64,000 nt of DNA from Lama guanicoe (Eukaryota). Below are positions 60,921-64,000 of the stretch, piece by piece; the first letter of the stretch is position 1, and every line of letters begins with the position of its first letter. Made by a program: the position numbers and the translations under genes. Below the pieces are notes generated by a model. That model was not told the DNA's origin. It saw only the letters and a list, made by a program, of their open reading frames with translations, and did no database searches. The DNA lies in the NCBI GenBank assembly GCA_013239625.1, contig MU054338.1:3993371-4057370 (forward strand), in the 5' to 3' direction.

Positions 60921-61132
60921 AAAGTTAGAATAAATAAATGGGGCATTATGTAGAGGGAGGTAAACCAGACTCGCAAGAGTTAACAGAAAATATCATGCTC
61001 CAGATTTGAGCGTCAACACTGGGTTTTCCCTACGTGACCCCATGGGCTCTGGGTCTGCTCCCACCCACCCAGAAGCAAACCGCCTCTGTGTTTCTGTTTT
61101 CCGTTTGTCTGTCTGTTTTTCTGACTTCCCAG

Positions 61133-61221
61133 CTGGGCTTGGAGCCTTTCCACTCAGTCGGCATCCTTGGGTTTAACTCCGTCGAGTGGTTTATTGCTGC
61201 TCTTGGTGCCATCTTAGCGGG
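61133..61221 (+). CDS. ACSBG2: ACSBG2 coding exon 3
   Basis: Long polypyrimidine tract then cccag|CTG. Encodes LGLEPFHSVGILGFNSVEWFIAALGAILA plus 2 nt. Donor GG|GTAAGA. 89 nt. Confidence 0.95.
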
Positions 61222-61920
61222 GTAAGACCGTGCGCTCGGTTCCCTGTGAATGCTGGGTAGCTGCTGCTCCGGGCCCGGCAGCCCTGGGCTGGTTCCCCCT
61301 GAGATGTGGACAGGGATTTCAGACACAGCCCCGGGCCAGCAGGCAAGATAGACACACACACCAGTCAAAGGACCTCAAATGCATAAGGTAGTTCTTCAGC
61401 TCAGGAATGAAAATACAAAAGGATTTTAAATGGGCAAGAGACTTGATCGGAAACATCATGAAAGGAAGTAGCCAATAAGCACCTGAAAAGATCCTTGAGG
61501 TCCTTAGCCAGCAGGGAGATGCAAATTAAAACCACAACAGAATGGTTAAAAGCAAGAACAAAAGGCTGTGAATGAAGGGGACAGGTGGCTGGGGTGGGGT
61601 GAAGTCCAAATCCCACCTCTTATTTGCTTTGGGACCCTGAGAAAGTGACCACCCTGCCCCAAGAGCCTCATTTTCCACATCTGTAAAATGGGGTGCTGTG
61701 AGGGTTCCATGATGGATGTCACAGTGACCTTATGGGAGTCGACACTCTCACCATCACTGTCATTTTTGTTGACATCATCACTGTCAAGTTGTGGAGGGAG
61801 GGAAGCTGGTGCCAAGGCTGTAGACTCAAAATTTGCCTGCAGACTCCTCCCCTCCCCCACCTCCCTGGACATGCTGAAGGCGTGTGTGCACATGCACATG
61901 CATGTGTTTTCTCTTCCCAG

Positions 61921-62041
61921 GGGCCTTTGTGTTGGTATTTATGCCACCAACTCTGCGGACGCTTGTCAGTATGCCATTGCTCACTCCAAAGTGAACATCC
62001 TGGTGGTTGAGAATGAGCTACAGTTGCAGAAAATCTTTTCG
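61921..62041 (+). CDS. ACSBG2: ACSBG2 coding exon 4
   Basis: ttcccag|G GGC… (G)GLCVGIYATNSADACQYAIAHSKVNILVVENELQLQKIFS, donor TCG|GTAAAC. 121 nt, and the phase matches the previous exon. Confidence 0.95.
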
Positions 62042-63530
62042 GTAAACCCTCTACCCAGTGCTGCCTGCCAGTCACCTGGGGGTGGGGAGGGGCGAACCTC
62101 AGGGCTCTGACCAGGTGCCCTGTAGCTTCCAGGGAGATGATAATGATCAGGTAGGGTGGCGGGACTTGCCCCAAGCACAGGTTCAGTACCAATCCCCCAC
62201 GACCACTTTTGGAATAACTGGCAAAGCCACTTTGTAGGGGAGTAGGGTGGAGTGGACAAGCTTAATTTCCAATTCATATTAATTTCCTACTCGGCTTCCA
62301 TTTAAAAAAGGTGTCTGTGTATTATTCTATATACAGTCCACTGTTTACTATTTTTCTTTTAGAAATGTATATCTTTGAAGCTTTGCAATCCTTATAATCT
62401 TCATCTCTTACAACTGTCCTCATTTCTGAAATGTTTTTGCCTTTCTCTTCCATTTCTTTCCTAAGTTCTACCACTCCATTTTACTTCTGACGTCTGGCTC
62501 TCCCCCTGGGTACTTGTATGTTTGCTTTGTGTTCTTCCTAACCAGCTGCGTTTACCTCATTACATCTTACATTTTATGTTGAAATACTGGGTGGTAATTT
62601 TCCTTTGCTTCGGGGTGACTTTCCTTGGTGTCCAGTGAAATAGGACTCCTCCTCATTCCTTTTTTTCCCCTTGCAGTATCTTTGTATGGATGTTGTAGCA
62701 ATGTTTCTGATTACTTGTGTTTGAATGAGCTGCAGCTGCCTGAACCAGCTTTTGGCAGAATGACCCTAAGGGGCAGGGGGTCCTGGGAAGGGGTGAGCCT
62801 AGATGACCAGACTTCTTGCTTGGCCTAAGAGCCACTGTGACAGTTTCTTTAATACCATACTCCATCTCTTCTGAGTTAACATTTCTCCACTTTTTAACAT
62901 CCTTGGAGTTGAGATGTGTCTTGCCGTCTGCGGCATCCTAACACTGTTGGCCATGTGTCTTCCCACATTTTAACTTCTCTGGAATGAAAGTAGATTTTCC
63001 AGACTTGATGAAATCCAGTTAGACTCACTTTTTCATTGGATTGGCTAGAGATGTCACAGACGCAACTCTCCTTCCTTTGTGTGAACAGGGTACAAGAATC
63101 CCACAGGCCTGGCCACTTGAAGCTCACAGTTCTAGGTTTAAGTAGAGTTCTGAACCTGCCCCAGGTTCAGCCACCTTCATGGAGGATTTTCATGGCCTGA
63201 CTCCAACTAGAAGGTTAGCTGGATCTTGGTGCCAGGTGAGGAAGAGCTGGGAGGGACATCCTTCACTTAACCAACCAAGACCCACACGGTGTAGCTGAAT
63301 TCAGGGGGCTGTTGTCCTCATCCATCTTTAACAGCTGCAGTCTACTGACACCGACCACAAAGAACCCAGTGGTTCTAAGAGCAAGTTGCTTAGTGTCAGT
63401 CAAGACAAAGAGCAACGTTTCAGTGTGCAAGGGAGAGGAGAGAGGCTGGGGTCCCTGTGAAAGAGAAAATTCACTCCCTGCTCTGCCAGGGCTGGGTTGC
63501 CAATTAGATCCACGCAGAACTTTCTTTTAG

Positions 63531-63617
63531 ATTCCGAAGAACAGGATACAGACCCTAAAAGCAATCATCCAGTACAGACTGCCGGTGAAGGAGACCAAAA
63601 ATTACAACCTGTACTCT
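63531..63617 (+). CDS. ACSBG2: ACSBG2 coding exon 5 (gene continues beyond window)
   Basis: ttttag|ATT… IPKNRIQTLKAIIQYRLPVKETKNYNLYS, donor TCT|GTAAGT. 87 nt, phase 0. Absent from the ORF track and read directly from the sequence. The AMP-binding YTSGTTG motif is expected further downstream. Confidence 0.92.
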
Positions 63618-63649
63618 GTAAGTGTGCGAGGGGGCACTGAGCAAAGGTG

Positions 63650-63810
63650 AGGGCAGGGCCTTGAAATGGAAGTGGGCGGGGACTCAAAAGGAAGTGGGTG
63701 GTGAGAAAGGGAGAGGGCGGGGCCACTGAAGGGACATGGGCGGGGACTCAAAAGGGAGAGGGGGAGCAAGGAAGAGGGCGGGGCCATACAACGGAAGTGG
63801 GTGAGGCTGT
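63650..63810. repeat. G-rich ~20-23-bp degenerate tandem repeat
   Basis: GGGCGGGGACTCAAAAGG twice and AGAGGGCGGGGCCA twice, within about 8 related units. Confidence 0.7.
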
Positions 63811-64000
63811 CGAGAGGATTTTTTCTGGCATTAAGGGTCTTACTTGTGGGAAGGTGTGTTTTCTGGTTATTTATTGCTGTGTAACATATCAGGCGTGTTA
63901 AAATTCACATTACTTTAAGTTTAAAAATTTAATTTATATTCAAACCAGAATTATAAATTTATTTTCCTGGCTTTAATAGACACAAAGTCATTTTTTTTAA

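Overview
Mammalian genomic DNA, most likely camelid: it carries about 10 copies of a tRNA-Ala-derived SINE resembling the camelid Vic-1 family. I recognise it as the RFX2 / ACSBG2 head-to-head locus (human 19p13.3 synteny). Bases 1-34428 are the large first intron of RFX2 (minus strand). The non-coding RFX2 exon 1 and its CpG-island promoter lie at about 34.4-35.0 kb. Five consecutive coding exons of ACSBG2 (plus strand, 56512-63617, 208 codons, all GT-AG with consistent phases) close the window, and the gene continues beyond it. The rest is mostly ancient repeats (L1M, L2, MIR, MER/hAT, MLT1) and microsatellites, and nearly all ORF-track entries are spurious. I find no new protein-coding system. 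The most notable unexplained signals are non-coding: a degenerate ~50-bp tandem array just inside RFX2 intron 1, recurrent RFX X-box + MYB modules (promoter, 5.5 kb, 17.4 kb), a CRE/ETS/GC-box promoter candidate at 48.2 kb, a probable shifted ACSBG2 start codon, and shared GC-ward substitutions among dispersed old L1 fragments. Gene and repeat names come from recall rather than a database search, and repeat boundaries are approximate.
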